DNA of 64,000 nucleotides from an uncultured delta proteobacterium (GCA_963789395.1 CAWBKP010000021.1:119697-183696); one strand, 5' to 3'; shown: positions 51,074 to 62,913, counted from the stretch's first letter. Notes: a model not told the origin generated them from the letters alone. Translations and numbers: made by a program.

Positions 51074-52045
51074 TTACACTTTTATGCGGATCATGCTTTT
51101 CATCACAACGGCTCCTATCAACATCAGAACCAGGGAGAATCCAACGAGCACCCTGCCGAAAGGGTCTTCAAAAAGTGTATTAATATATAGCCGGTTGACG
51201 AGCATGAGAATGCCTGCCATGGCAAAAGGCAAGGCAAGCAGTACATACATGGACAGATAGCCTTCAGCGGCCAAAGCCCGGATTTTGCCGTTAAGCTTGA
51301 AACGGTCCCGGATCAAAAGAGAAATGCTCTCGATGATCTGGGTCAGGTTGCCGCCCGTGTCCCGTTGCAGGTTGACCGCCATGACAAAAAAATTCAAATC
51401 ATCGCATCTCACCCGCTCGGTCATTTTGTGCAGGGCCTCGGGCATCCCGACCCCGAAATTGATTTCATCCAGTGTTGTGTCAAATTCCGGTCCCAAGGGA
51501 TCATCAAATTCCTCCGCCACCAGCTTCATGCCGGTACTGAACGCATGGCCGGCCCGCAGGGAATTGGCAATCATGTCCAGGGCCTCTGGCAATTGGCGCA
51601 AAAATTTTACCATGCGTTTCCGCCGTTTTATTTTCAGATAGAAAATTGGCATTGTGCCCATCAGCAGGCCGAATAGCAGCGGGATGGGTTGGGGATAGAG
51701 GTTGAAGAGAAAAAAATTGAATCCCATGAATCCCAGAAAAACCATGAGCATGATGAAAAACCCGGTGGAATAGGTGGCATTGGCCTGAAAGAGCAGTCGT
51801 TGCATCTTTGGGGCAAAAGAGGTGTTTTTGAGTAGCCGGTTGAGAAATGGAATGTCACTGAAAGAATTTTTCCGAGTGATGTCAGTTGGTTTACTAAGGT
51901 GTTGGGACCGGTATGCCAATTTATGCAGCTTTCTGCGGAGTTGGGCCCGGTCTGGGTGTTTGAGCGTGACATAGGCGTAGCCCAGCAGCTCAATGACAAT
52001 GACCGAGACTGCGAAAATCGAAAAGGCCATCAGATAGAGATTCAT
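51074..52045 (-). CDS. tadB: Tad pilus platform protein
   Basis: QLPEALD..LRAGH, QRDTGGNL. Confidence 0.92.
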   Translation of the reverse strand: MNLYLMAFSIFAVSVIVIELLGYAYVTLKHPDRAQLRRKLHKLAYRSQHLSKPTDITRKNSFSDIPFLNRLLKNTSFAPKMQRLLFQANATYSTGFFIMLMVFLGFMGFNFFLFNLYPQPIPLLFGLLMGTMPIFYLKIKRRKRMVKFLRQLPEALDMIANSLRAGHAFSTGMKLVAEEFDDPLGPEFDTTLDEINFGVGMPEALHKMTERVRCDDLNFFVMAVNLQRDTGGNLTQIIESISLLIRDRFKLNGKIRALAAEGYLSMYVLLALPFAMAGILMLVNRLYINTLFEDPFGRVLVGFSLVLMLIGAVVMKSMIRIKV

Positions 52046-52065
52046 GAATTATTCCCTTCCAGTCA

Positions 52066-53439
52066 TCAGACGGTCATTATCCTGTCCGGGTTGAATAGAT
52101 CCTGATTCATGGGGATGTTGTACACGGCAAATTTATCCATGAAGCGCGGCCGCACGCCATGAAAGCGGAAATGCCCTTTTACCTTGCCCTTTTCGTCCAG
52201 TCCTGTGGGAACAAAGCTAAATATTTCCTGAGTCGAGATAACATTGCTTTCCATGCCCGTGATTTCCTGCATGGAAAGCAGTTTGCGTGTGCCGTCGGAC
52301 ATGCGGGACACCTGGATGATGATATCCAGAGCCGAACTGATGAAGCGGCGCATGAATTCCGACGGAATATCCAGATTGGCCATGGAAACCATGCTTTCCA
52401 GTCGCATCAGTGCATCCCGGGGGGAGTTGGCGTGGATCGTGGTGAGGGAGCCTTCATGTCCCGTGTTCATAGCCTGCAGCATGTCGAAAGCTTCCTGGCT
52501 GCGCACCTCGCCAATGATAATCCGGTCAGGACGCATACGTAGACTGTTGCGTACAAGGTCCCGTGCCAGCACTTCTCCCCGGCCTTCGATATTAGGGGGC
52601 CGGGTTTCCAGCCTTACAACATGATCCTGACGTAATTGCAGTTCCGCCGAATCTTCAATGGTAATGACCCGCTCCGTGTCCGGAATAAACTGGGACAGCA
52701 CGTTCAGCAGGGTTGTCTTGCCGCTGCCCGTCCCCCCTGAAATAAGCACGTTCAGCCGTGTGCGAATAATGCCTTTAAGGATTTCGCCAAGATCCGGAGG
52801 AAGGGTATTAAACATCATGAGATCTTCAATCGTCAGGGCTTCCCGGCCGAACTGACGAATGGAAAGAATCGGACCGTCAATGGCTAAGGGCGGAATAATC
52901 ACGTTTACCCTTGAACCGTTGGCTAACCGGGCATCCACCATTGGGGAGGATTCATCGACACGTCGGCCTACCGAGGAGACGATCTTGTCGATAATTTTCA
53001 TCAGATGGGCATCGTCTTTAAACATGGACTCGGATAATTCCAGTTTACCAAAGCGTTCCACATAGATCTGATTATGGGTGTTTACGAGAATATCCGCCAC
53101 TGTCTCGTCTTTCAGATAAGGTTCCAGGGGCCCCAAGCCCATCACTTCGTCTTCGATGTCGCTAAAGAGATTTTCTCTTTCAGTAAAATTGAGCGGAATG
53201 GTAGGACCATCCTCTTCCAAAATCCGGTTAATCAGCGCATTGATCTGGGCTTTTAGCGCTCTGTGATCCAGAGAGTCGATCAGGGTCAGATCAATAATGT
53301 CCAGGAGCCGGCTGTGGATACGGTTTTTCAACTGGAAATAGGCATCGGATACCCGATGATAGGGCGCTCTGGTGGTTGCAGGGGTGCTGAAGGGTGTACC
53401 GATTTTAATGTCTTCATGTTTCTTTGTACTGAAAAACAT
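52066..53439 (-). CDS. tadA: Tad pilus assembly ATPase CpaF/TadA
   Basis: [38 protein letters not shown]. Confidence 0.96.
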   Translation of the reverse strand: MFFSTKKHEDIKIGTPFSTPATTRAPYHRVSDAYFQLKNRIHSRLLDIIDLTLIDSLDHRALKAQINALINRILEEDGPTIPLNFTERENLFSDIEDEVMGLGPLEPYLKDETVADILVNTHNQIYVERFGKLELSESMFKDDAHLMKIIDKIVSSVGRRVDESSPMVDARLANGSRVNVIIPPLAIDGPILSIRQFGREALTIEDLMMFNTLPPDLGEILKGIIRTRLNVLISGGTGSGKTTLLNVLSQFIPDTERVITIEDSAELQLRQDHVVRLETRPPNIEGRGEVLARDLVRNSLRMRPDRIIIGEVRSQEAFDMLQAMNTGHEGSLTTIHANSPRDALMRLESMVSMANLDIPSEFMRRFISSALDIIIQVSRMSDGTRKLLSMQEITGMESNVISTQEIFSFVPTGLDEKGKVKGHFRFHGVRPRFMDKFAVYNIPMNQDLFNPDRIMTV

Positions 53440-53481
53440 GCTTGCCTCCGCAGTTCTGTAAACTGTATTCCGTTAAGTAGT

Positions 53482-54633
53482 TTAGAATTGCCACCATTTT
53501 TTCTTTTTGGGTTCGTCAGGTTGGTGGGTGTCAACCAGGGAATCTGCTAGGTGCTTGAAACTTTCTGTAATTGGCTGCCGAGGGGCGAAACGGGAGAGTG
53601 GCTGCCCCTTGTTGATAGCGGAAACAGTGGTTCCGTAATCATTGGGGATAGTCCAAATGACTTTTTTCTTCAGAGATATTTCGACATCCTCCAAAGAGAT
53701 ATTGGATTTTTTGATGTATCGGTTCAGAATGATCCCTGTCTTTTCCTCACGGGGGTATCCCAAGTTACGAAATGAGACGAGCATATTGTTCACATTAGTC
53801 AGACACGGCAGACTCTGGACAGACAACATAAAAACGAAGTCCGACATTTCCAGGATTTTCAGCGCCGCATCGTTCAGTTGCTGGCCTAAATCTACCACAA
53901 CGAAATCATGAGTTTGTTGCACCACCCTAAACAGGCGTAAAATGATGTCCGGCGTAACATTCTGGCTGTTGAGATAAGCCGGTGAGGGAAGGACATGGAC
54001 TCCTGAGGGATCCGCGGACAGTATATTTTTCAAAAAAGTGGAATCCAGTCGCGAGATGTTTTTTGTGATTTCGTTCCAGGAATAGGTTGGATCGATTCCA
54101 AGAAACAGATGAATATCCCCAAACAGATTCATGTCCAGTAAAGCCACGGATTCAACATTGTTTTTTGCCATCAAGGCCATGGCCAGATTCACAGCCACTG
54201 TGGTGGTACCGACCCCACCCTTGCCGCCCAATACCGTGATGATCCGGCCGAATTTTTGAGAAGAGGCCATTTGGGCCTTTTTCTGCCATTCGAGAAAGCG
54301 CATCAGGGAGGACTGGATTTCTTCGTCATTCACCCCAGGACCAAAAAACTCCCTTGCACCAGCCCGCATGGCCCGGACCAGCACGCTCTGGTCGAAATTG
54401 TCCGAGGCCAGGAAGATCTCGCCAATATCCGCAGATTCAGATAGATGGTGCACCAGGTCAAAATCATGGTCCAGATCTTCTCCCAGTTCCAGGATAAACA
54501 GGTCCGTCTTTCCCAGGACATTTTCACCCTGAATCTCGAAAACTCTAAGCCTCAGTAAAATATCCTCGATTTGCTTGCGGAGTGCTGGTTTTAAAATTTT
54601 CAGTTTGACCCGAAATTTATCAGCAGGCATCAT
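53482..54633 (-). CDS. cpaE: CpaE/TadZ (degenerate REC + MinD-like ATPase)
   Basis: AMRAGAREF, GGKGGVGTTT, IPND. Confidence 0.9.
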   Translation of the reverse strand: MMPADKFRVKLKILKPALRKQIEDILLRLRVFEIQGENVLGKTDLFILELGEDLDHDFDLVHHLSESADIGEIFLASDNFDQSVLVRAMRAGAREFFGPGVNDEEIQSSLMRFLEWQKKAQMASSQKFGRIITVLGGKGGVGTTTVAVNLAMALMAKNNVESVALLDMNLFGDIHLFLGIDPTYSWNEITKNISRLDSTFLKNILSADPSGVHVLPSPAYLNSQNVTPDIILRLFRVVQQTHDFVVVDLGQQLNDAALKILEMSDFVFMLSVQSLPCLTNVNNMLVSFRNLGYPREEKTGIILNRYIKKSNISLEDVEISLKKKVIWTIPNDYGTTVSAINKGQPLSRFAPRQPITESFKHLADSLVDTHQPDEPKKKKWWQF

Positions 54634-54736
54634 TACCTCGTAATCGGTGGATGAAATGTTATGCTTGTTAAAAGTGCAACAAGTGATATATAAAAATGAT
54701 CAATTTGCTTTCATCGTTGTGGCAGATCCGGAGCTG

Positions 54737-56020
54737 TTATTGAACCAAAACGGGTATTTTTGATAGAATACCGAAGTTCTCCCCTCCGGTTAACCCCGCA
54801 GGCTCATGCGGCGCACAGTCGGGCACAAAATAGATTGTTTCGTTCTGTTTTGTGGCGGGGATGAGCGGGGCCGAAGGATTTTTGGGGTCCACAGGGTTTT
54901 TCAATTTAAAATGGCCAACGAAACTACTCCAGCGGGTTGCATCGTCGGGACTCGTATTTCTCCAGTCCCCCATTTTGTAAGGGGATTCATCCGTTTCCTT
55001 TTCCAGCACCCAGACAACATTTATCTCTACCGCGCCGACAGCTTTCTTGCAATTTGTGTCTTTGGATAGACAGTCAATCACAGTAAGGGTCATCTTCCAG
55101 GGTTGATCCGGGATGCCGTTATGATCGGTATCAATGGAAACGCCACTGTTGTTTCCGTTCTCCCAGCAGTTGTACAGCGCTTTAAACACGCTTATATCAA
55201 CAATATTCGTTGTGGTGGTGCTGCTTCCCACGGCCACTGGGTTTATATTGGCTCCGGCGGTGGGGCACGGCATTAGTATTTTTTTGAGTGCGCTGGCGCT
55301 GGCCGCTCCTGAGCAGGGCTGTTCGAAAGACGTCCATGCCGCTGCGTTCGAATTGTTGGTGAGTACTCGACCGAATTGACAAGAGTACTTGTCATCATAA
55401 GTAATCGCCTGTTTGCAAATGGCAATCGGCTCATCAAATGTCATCGGTTCCACTGTCCCGGCAAAACCGATGTAACCCACGGCTTTAGCCGTAAGCTTAA
55501 ATCCTTGATTTCCCCATATTTTAGAAAAAAAAGAGCTGATTGGCGAAGCCAGTATGGCGGAAACTTCAATCGCATTGATGAATTCTTTTTCTTCGTCCAG
55601 ATCTTTTGCGGAATAGTTCCACAAATCAAAAATCGATGTAGACTGATTCTCATAGAAGTTTTTTGCCAATGTGCCGATACCAAAACTCCAGTGTCCTCGT
55701 TTCACGGCATAATTTTCACCGGCCCAATTCATCTTGGCTGTTTCCGCCGCGACTGCATCGGCACCGGTGTTGATACTTTTCCCGTCATGAGAATACAACG
55801 CGCGAGCGCCAGCCAATGCACCTGCATCAACTGCATTTTGAAGCCGATTCCGTTCGCTGTAAATATATCCAAGGTCTACAACCAGGGCCATAAAACCAAT
55901 CAATGTTGTCAGCATCACAGCCACGATTACCGCGCTGGCCCCTGACTGGCTGCACCTCAGATGACTTGCCTGCGAAAAAAAATTCATATACAGAATATAC
56001 CCTGTGGATTTATTGTTCAC
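54737..56020 (-). CDS. tadG: TadG-like pseudopilin/adhesin, Cys-rich C-terminus
   Basis: QSGASAVIVA..LVVDLG..LQNAVDAGALAGA. Confidence 0.85.
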   Translation of the reverse strand: MNNKSTGYILYMNFFSQASHLRCSQSGASAVIVAVMLTTLIGFMALVVDLGYIYSERNRLQNAVDAGALAGARALYSHDGKSINTGADAVAAETAKMNWAGENYAVKRGHWSFGIGTLAKNFYENQSTSIFDLWNYSAKDLDEEKEFINAIEVSAILASPISSFFSKIWGNQGFKLTAKAVGYIGFAGTVEPMTFDEPIAICKQAITYDDKYSCQFGRVLTNNSNAAAWTSFEQPCSGAASASALKKILMPCPTAGANINPVAVGSSTTTTNIVDISVFKALYNCWENGNNSGVSIDTDHNGIPDQPWKMTLTVIDCLSKDTNCKKAVGAVEINVVWVLEKETDESPYKMGDWRNTSPDDATRWSSFVGHFKLKNPVDPKNPSAPLIPATKQNETIYFVPDCAPHEPAGLTGGENFGILSKIPVLVQ

Positions 56021-56450
56021 ACTTCATTTGCGCCACGGATGTCAGTGTTACATTATTTGTCAAATTATTGACAAAATTGGGGAGAAGGAGAAAAGAATAC
56101 GGATATTCGATTTTTACCGTGAGGATATCCTCTGGATTGATACATTGGTTCGTTGTGATATTTGCTTTATCAGATGATGAAAAAGAAATAAGGTAAGTGC
56201 CAAGTTTATCAGTTACATACGATTTAATGTCTGTATCCTTGTGTTTATAAGAAACACCATCAATTATCGGCGCCCACATGACGCCGTACCTGGCCCCCTC
56301 CCTGGCTGCATGGGTAACCATGGCTTTATCGTAAAGGATGATACTGAATTCGATAATGCCAAAGAGCAAAACGATCAGCAGCGGAAGAACGAATGCCATT
56401 TCCAGTGCTGTTGCTCCGCTTTGTTGATCAATAAGGAGAATGCGTCTCAT
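56010..56450 (-). CDS. tadE: TadE pseudopilin
   Basis: QSGATALEMAFVLP..GIIEF..AAREGAR. Confidence 0.88.
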   Translation of the reverse strand: MRRILLIDQQSGATALEMAFVLPLLIVLLFGIIEFSIILYDKAMVTHAAREGARYGVMWAPIIDGVSYKHKDTDIKSYVTDKLGTYLISFSSSDKANITTNQCINPEDILTVKIEYPYSFLLLPNFVNNLTNNVTLTSVAQMKCEQ

Positions 56451-56454
56451 GTGA

Positions 56455-58354
56455 CTTACTTTCCGCACCCCCCTGAAGGCTTGCGCGGTCTATTTTTCCT
56501 TCCCTAAAAATAGTCTAAAAAGTAGCTTAACCAATCGATATCTATAACTAATTAAAATAACTAGACATTCTTTTACTAGTCTGATACACTGCCCTCAACC
56601 GTTAACACATAGCGATGGAGAGCAACAATGTCAGAGCACATTCTTGAGGAACCGATCTACACTGAAGCCAGGCACCTTCCTATTATTAAGCACTTTGCCA
56701 ATCGGATCAACCTGGTGGATACTATCGACCGATTGGTCGGTAGCCAAATGGAAATCTCACCAGGTCTAACAGTTTTAGCCATGGTACTTGATACACTTTC
56801 GGGCCGTAGTCCTCTATACCGGCTCAAGGAGTTCTTTGATGAAAAGGATAGTGAGCTACTTCTGGGCAAAGAGGTTGATCCGGCGTGTTTTGCCGATTAC
56901 AACGTGGGCCGGGGGATGGATCAAATTTATGAGACCGGCACCCAGAAGATTTATGCTCAGATCATACAGAACGCCTTGGATGTCTTTGATGTCCGAACCA
57001 ATTGCTTTCACTTTGATACCACTTCCATCACTGTCTATGGTGATTATGATTGCCAAGATCCACCATTTGAACTCACTTACGGACACAGTAAGGACAAACG
57101 GCCAGATTTGAAGCAGTTTGTGGTCTCCATGCTCTGCGTAGAACGTAACATCCCACTTTTGGGCGCCTGCCACAATGGCAACTCTTCAGATAAGACTCTC
57201 AACAACGAACTGCTCTCAAACATCGCAAAACACATGGCTCAACACGGCCTTGAGCCGGGTGCTTTTATCTACGTGGCAGATGCGGCCTATGTCACAGAAG
57301 ACAATCTAAAAAAGTCCAGCCAGAGAAATCTCAAAATCCTCAGTCGTCTGCCGTCCAACTACAGCGAGTGTTCAAGAGTGATCCAGGAGGCTGTGGCAAC
57401 AAACGAATGGATACGGATCGGCACTTTGGCAGAATCTATCGGTAGCGCCAAACGACCGCCTGCATACTACAAGGCCTTTGACACTCAGGTCCAGTTGTAT
57501 GAAAACAACTACCGTGCCATTGTTCTGCACTCCAGTGTCCATGACAAACGGCGCCATAAGCGCATCGATCGGCTACTTGCAGTCAAGCGCCAGCAACTGG
57601 AGAAACTCTGCAAGGATACGGCCGCAAAACCGTTCTTCTGCAGAGACGATGCTCAAGTGGCCACTTCAAAAATGCATGCCGTTGCCAAAAGCGGATATCA
57701 CACCCTGCAGATACAGATCGAGGAAAAAGCCAAGTACGGACGCGGCCGCCCGGCTAATGGTCAACCCCGCGTACCGCAGGGTTACCAGTACATTCTCAGC
57801 TACAACATCGATGAGAACGATCAAGCGGTTAAGCCGCTACGCCTTGAAGCCGGTTGCTTTGTCCTTCTCACCAACCTGTCCACTGACCAACAGATCAAGG
57901 AATGGCCAGCCGATAAGCTCCTGCAACTCTACAAAGAGCAAAACGGCATCGAGAAAAACTTTAGTTTTCTAAAAGATCCGGTGATCGTCAATAGCATCTT
58001 TCTGAAAAAGCCTGAGCGCATCGAAGTGTTGGGCTTGATTCTGTTGATCTCTCTTTTAATTTGGCGCCTGATGGAACGCTGCATGCAACAGTATGTCGAG
58101 AAGAACAATAGTAGTCCTGGGATTACAGGCTGGAAAGATCGACCCACCCGCAAGCCCACAGCTTTTATGATGACTACAAAATTCTCGTCTGTATTGCTCG
58201 TTAAGCAGGGCAAGGAACGCAAACTGGCACGAGCACTGAAGCCTGTACACATCGAATACCTCAAGGCACTGGGCCTAACATCAAAAATATTTATAGTTCC
58301 TTAGCAAAGCAAAAAAATACTCCGCTTAGTGATGTAAAGGGTGCGGAATGTAAG
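56455..58354 (+). mobile_element. IS1634-family insertion sequence
   Basis: IRs CTTACTTTCCGCACCC / GGGTGCGGAATGTAAG (15/16 match); 6-bp target duplication ATGTGA at 56449-56454 and 58355-58360. Confidence 0.92.
56628..58304 (+). CDS. IS1634-family DDE transposase
   Basis: HFDTTS, YGHSKDKRPDLKQ, GNSSDK, YVADAA, YKEQNGIEKNFSFLKDP. Confidence 0.92.
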   Translation: MSEHILEEPIYTEARHLPIIKHFANRINLVDTIDRLVGSQMEISPGLTVLAMVLDTLSGRSPLYRLKEFFDEKDSELLLGKEVDPACFADYNVGRGMDQIYETGTQKIYAQIIQNALDVFDVRTNCFHFDTTSITVYGDYDCQDPPFELTYGHSKDKRPDLKQFVVSMLCVERNIPLLGACHNGNSSDKTLNNELLSNIAKHMAQHGLEPGAFIYVADAAYVTEDNLKKSSQRNLKILSRLPSNYSECSRVIQEAVATNEWIRIGTLAESIGSAKRPPAYYKAFDTQVQLYENNYRAIVLHSSVHDKRRHKRIDRLLAVKRQQLEKLCKDTAAKPFFCRDDAQVATSKMHAVAKSGYHTLQIQIEEKAKYGRGRPANGQPRVPQGYQYILSYNIDENDQAVKPLRLEAGCFVLLTNLSTDQQIKEWPADKLLQLYKEQNGIEKNFSFLKDPVIVNSIFLKKPERIEVLGLILLISLLIWRLMERCMQQYVEKNNSSPGITGWKDRPTRKPTAFMMTTKFSSVLLVKQGKERKLARALKPVHIEYLKALGLTSKIFIVP

Positions 58355-58368
58355 ATGTGAAGCAAACA

Positions 58369-58806
58369 TTACATCATTTTCATGGTAGTCGTCGATTTTA
58401 ACTGGATCGTATCGCCAAGCGTAATGATTTTTAAAAGTAGGGGAAAATTGATAGGTATATGTTGCTGTTACAATAACATCGTTACCCATATTCCCCTGTG
58501 CACCCACAACATTCACAGCTAAAGCGTCGCTGTTGCCAAAAGTGATTGTGAGATGTTCCTCTTTGCCCCAATATTTTCTTTGCAATAGTTTTTTACAATA
58601 GTGACTATTGCACTTTCACTCAATTTTGAGGGTATTGGATTAACTGCTGCCGAGCGCCTTCACGGGTTGCATTGCCGATGACATGTTGGTCATACAGGAC
58701 GATGCCGAACTCGATGATCCCGCCCATTAAAAGCACAATAAGCGGGAGCACGATGGCGAATTCTAAAGCCGCAGCGCCTTTCTTACATGAACAATTTATT
58801 CCTCAT
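58369..58806 (-). pseudogene. Second TadE-like pseudopilin, multiply frameshifted
   Basis: KKGAAALEFAIVLP..GIIEFG..NATREGAR is out of frame with the ATG; ends MKMM*. Confidence 0.7.
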
Positions 58807-58821
58807 GGTTGTTATCATTGG

Positions 58822-59109
58822 CTATTTTCCGCCTACACCGCTGATGTTGATGTTTGTAATCTGGGCAGGTGGTTTTTCAGCAAAACTTTGGTGATATTTT
58901 TCCAATACTTTTTCTGCCGCTATCCCATCCATGTCTACAACAGGCAGATCCTTCAGTCCGGCATCGGGGCTGATGATTTGGTTTGTTTTGATTGCCTGAA
59001 AGGATCTGCCCCAGTTGTCGTTCAGCACCTGTTCCCGATGAGTTTCGCAGCTTGTCAGAACAAAACCCGAAAGTATCAGAACAGCCAGTATTAGATTTAT
59101 TTTCCGCAT
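58822..59109 (-). CDS. Tad-associated small lipoprotein
   Basis: LTSC lipobox; downstream of the secretin. Confidence 0.75.
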   Translation of the reverse strand: MRKINLILAVLILSGFVLTSCETHREQVLNDNWGRSFQAIKTNQIISPDAGLKDLPVVDMDGIAAEKVLEKYHQSFAEKPPAQITNINISGVGGK

Positions 59110-59220
59110 GTGGTCACACCTTTCCAGCGTTGTGCTTACTGCCGATTTCAGCCGTTCATATCAATATTTGAGCCAAAGAGATATTGATATGAAAGCTATA
59201 GAGGCTTGTAAGATAATGCG

Positions 59221-60652
59221 TTATGTTTTGGGCGTTGCGTGTCCGAACTCTCCGTCCAGGGTTCCACGGTTTGGGGCTGCACCACCATATCTGACTCCGG
59301 AGCCCAGCTCAGGGAACGCCATATCCATAAATCCAGGTTCGATATAATAATCCGTAGGCAAAGGTTGTTTTTTCTCATGAGTGGGTTTAACCAACCGGGG
59401 AGTGACCACAATGACCAGTTCTGTTTCATTTTTCTGGAAAGAACTGCTTCGAAAAAGCATGCCGAGAATGGGTATATCCCCAGGAGGGGAAATTTTGAAA
59501 TGTCTTCAGTGGAATAATCCCGTAGCAGGCCGGCAATGGCAAAGCTCTGTCCGTCACCTAGCTCCACTGAGGTGGATGCCCTGCGCACTGTTATTCCTGG
59601 TACCACATAACCTCCAATTTTTACTGCGTTTCTGTAATCCAATTCCGAAACATCGGGAGATACCCGGATATTGATCCGATCCGGACTCAAAACTGTAGGT
59701 AAAAAATTCAAGCCCACACCATAGGACTTGTATTCGATGCTAATGGTGCCATTTAGGCCCTGGGGAACAGGGATAGGGAATTCCCCGCCTGCCAAAAAAT
59801 TGGCGTTCTGACCGCTCATGGTGGTTAGCGTAGGTTTGGCAAGTATTTTGATTATTCCGTCTTCCTTGAGCGCATCAATCATACCGGTCCAGGAGACATT
59901 GTCTCCAAATCGAAACAAGGCGGTCACATTGGGAGAAAGTCCGAAAGACCCGACGCCGCTGGCGCTAATTTCATTCAGGTTGGTCAATCCCCCCAGCAAG
60001 CTGACCACAAAATTTGAACCGTCGAAGTAGGAAAAATTAAAACCAAGCCGTTTGATGTCATTTTTGGAAATTTCGGCAACGCGCACCTCCAGCATCACCT
60101 GATGCACTCCTGCCACTTCCATCAGGTTGCGGACCTTGCCCTCGGGTGCGAAGGACTGTGCCAAGGCCAGGGCTTGCTCCAGGCTGGCGCTGCTGGAAAC
60201 CCGTCCGGCCAGAGTGATGCTGTCATTGGTGGTATAACCCTCAGTTCCGTTTCCAGAGGCAACACCTCATGCAGGCGCTGTTTGAACCTGGAAGTGTCAA
60301 AACTTACTTCCAGGTCATAGATAATGGAATTATTATTCTGCCAGAGAATCAGATTCGTCACACCGACCCCTTTCGGAGTGATATAGATTTCGTATGGAGA
60401 CAGAAGCAACGTTTGAGCAATATTCGGGTCCGGCTCCGACATCCGAGAAATTGGCTGTGAAAAACTAAGGACAATAGATTTCCCGGTGATGAGAGACAGC
60501 TTTTGAGGGTCATTTCTCTGGAACGTAGGATCCAAAGAAAAACCCTGAATTTCGGCTCCCCAGGAATGAGCAGCAGCAGCGAGTAAAAGAAAGAACAGCA
60601 TGAACCTCACAGTCGAGATTTTATTCGGTCCGGATGAAGGCAACATGTTCAT
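59221..60652 (-). CDS. cpaC: CpaC/RcpA secretin (frameshifts ~60230 and ~59480)
   Basis: QVMLEVRVAE, FLAGGEFPIP, VELGDGQSFAIAGL, ETELVIVVTPRLV. Confidence 0.9.
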
Positions 60653-60661
60653 TTTTCTCCG

Positions 60662-61555
60662 CTAGAATGTATGTGTCGTTAACTGGCCTTCTTTGATGAT
60701 TTCTACCTTGACTGCTGTTTTGGCTGGAGTTGCCCGCTGGACCTGAACCGGAGCTAATGGCTTAGCTTTTTTATAAGGTAGTTCAATTTTCTGAGGGGAG
60801 GGGGGTTTGGACTGTAAATGGGTCATGGCCACATCGTATGTGGCACCATTGGTGGGCACCGACCCAGAATCCGCTGGATTGCGCAGAGCGAACTGGATTT
60901 TTCCCTCATTTCGAGTCAAGCCGAGGATTTCGGCTTCTTCCGGAGTCAACTCCAGTGTGTACACATCCACCGGCGCCGCCTCTCCTTTGTCGTTCTTCTG
61001 CATAAGGGTGCCGCTGGCCAGAACCAGCACATTTTCCAATACGATCTTGGTGATTTCCTTTTCCGTGTTAGGGTCTTGCCATGTGACCAGAACATCTACA
61101 TGGTTGCCGGGATAGATGAACCCGGATAAGCCGATTACTTTATCTCCGCCCACAGCTACAGCCCGTTTGCCGTCATTTACCAGCGCGGAGATCCCTCCTG
61201 TCTTGATGTCGATAGAAGCCAGGCGATGTTCGGTTATGGGTTCGTTGGCCTTCAAGGAAGCAATAGCCACCCGGCCAACAAGGATTGTGGGATCAGTGAA
61301 GTAACCCGGAGGAAGGGATTTCTCCAGGAACGTCTCTTTATTGATCATTTCAGAAGACAGTATGGTGCCTGGAACCACATCTGCGGCGGCTACAGCCACC
61401 TTGACGACATCAGATTTATCTGATGTCACAGTGGTGACAACATTGGGGGATACGGTCTGCTGCTGCATCCATGAATAAATGAAATAGCTGCTTATGGCCG
61501 CGATAACCAAGGCCAGAGAAATAGGCCCCAGAGCTTTCCATCTACCCATAGACAA
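60662..61555 (-). CDS. cpaB: Flp pilus assembly protein CpaB/RcpC
   Basis: SAF domain, GKRAVAV, GFIYPGNHVDV, ALRN. Confidence 0.92.
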   Translation of the reverse strand: MSMGRWKALGPISLALVIAAISSYFIYSWMQQQTVSPNVVTTVTSDKSDVVKVAVAAADVVPGTILSSEMINKETFLEKSLPPGYFTDPTILVGRVAIASLKANEPITEHRLASIDIKTGGISALVNDGKRAVAVGGDKVIGLSGFIYPGNHVDVLVTWQDPNTEKEITKIVLENVLVLASGTLMQKNDKGEAAPVDVYTLELTPEEAEILGLTRNEGKIQFALRNPADSGSVPTNGATYDVAMTHLQSKPPSPQKIELPYKKAKPLAPVQVQRATPAKTAVKVEIIKEGQLTTHTF

Positions 61556-61789
61556 CTCCTTTCACATGACGCACGTAGGTATTTTATGTCCGGGCAAGTG
61601 CCCCAATGTGAATTACGGATATGAACGAATCAAATACTTATATTTCTAAATAGTTAACAAAAAATGCTGAATACGTTTATATAATATGACAATGGTTTGT
61701 CAACAAGAAAGGCATTGGACACAACAAATATGGGAAACAATATGTCATGAATACCGTAATGAGGGAAAGTACGGGGTGTAACGAATTCA

Positions 61790-62351
61790 CTAAAACCGAA
61801 ATCCCTGAAACAGGTTGTACCCCATTCGTTCAAGAGCAAGATATATAAAAGTACCCAGAGCAATGGCCAGTCCATAGCATAGCCTGGGGCTTTTTTGGGG
61901 GTTCAGGGACTGCCGGTACCCACTGCCGGGTGATTAAAAGTGATTTGATTCCCGTGAGTACATTGATCATGATAACCCTGCCATGAGATCGATACACGAG
62001 CAACATGATTCCTGCATAAATGCCGCCAACCATGGCAACATAAAAAAAGCAGATAAAAACCCCTTTGGGTCCAAGCACCGCCCCCACCGCCCCCATGAGT
62101 TTTGCATCTCCTGCCCCCATTCCACCTAGTAGATAGGGGCCAATCAGTAAAGCGATCCCAAGCAGCATTCCACTGACACTGAAGATCAAGCCCTCAAACC
62201 CGTAAACCCAACTGTAGAAGAAAACAGACAAGCCAATTACTAAAAAATTGAGCAGGTTGGGTATTTTACGGAATTGAAGGTCATTTATTGCGGCAAAAAC
62301 CAATGCAGTGCTTAGAAAAACTATGGTTTGATTCGAGATAAGTGGATTCAC
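61790..62351 (-). CDS. cpaA: Prepilin peptidase CpaA/TadV (frameshift ~61885)
   Basis: D..RKIPN, GGMGAGDAKL, LCYGLAIALG in shifted frame. Confidence 0.88.
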
Positions 62352-62364
62352 AGGGCTTCTCGTT

Positions 62365-62487
62365 TAAGTTTACAGATTCAACAAGCTCTCGAACATTAAT
62401 ACTGAGCGTTTCAACTGCCAACGCTATTACCGCCGCAATCGCTGCGGCCATAATAGCGTATTCGACTGCCATAACAATATGTTCCAT
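62365..62487 (-). pseudogene. Degenerate second Flp pilin
   Basis: AVEYAIMAAAIAAVI; lacks the G|ATA processing site. Confidence 0.6.
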
Positions 62488-62560
62488 GAAAATAGTTATA
62501 ACCAAGTTGACGGCATAACTGGTTCAGGTAATTGTTATAAAACTGCGGATATACGATAAT

Positions 62561-62601
62561 GCTGACGATTTTATAGCCACTGCTGCAATAAAATCGTCAG
62601 C
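62561..62601 (-). terminator. Strong hairpin downstream of flp
   Basis: Perfect 14-bp IR GCTGACGATTTTAT / ATAAAATCGTCAGC; no clear U tract. Confidence 0.55.
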
Positions 62602-62627
62602 CATCCACTTAACCAACTACCATATTG

Positions 62628-62789
62628 TCACTTTACTGCAGCTGCAACTTTGTTGAATGTAGCATTAACATTGGTGCCGATTAATTTGACAGCGGTAACA
62701 ATTACTGCCGCAATCGCCGCAACCATAAGACCATACTCAACCGCGGTTGCTCCTTCTTCATCTTTCAGAAATTTGATCAACTTTTTCAT
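62628..62789 (-). CDS. flp: Flp type IVc pilin
   Basis: FLKDEEG|ATAVEYGLM; AAGGA RBS. Confidence 0.95.
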   Translation of the reverse strand: MKKLIKFLKDEEGATAVEYGLMVAAIAAVIVTAVKLIGTNVNATFNKVAAAVK

Positions 62790-62913
62790 TGTGCGATTCC
62801 TTTCTTTGATTAATATCAAACTTGTTTTTGTTATATCGCCTGTAAACTTTGGTGTTTCAACCATATTTCGAGCATAATTGGAAAAGCATGTAATGGTTGT
62901 AGCTGAAAATATT

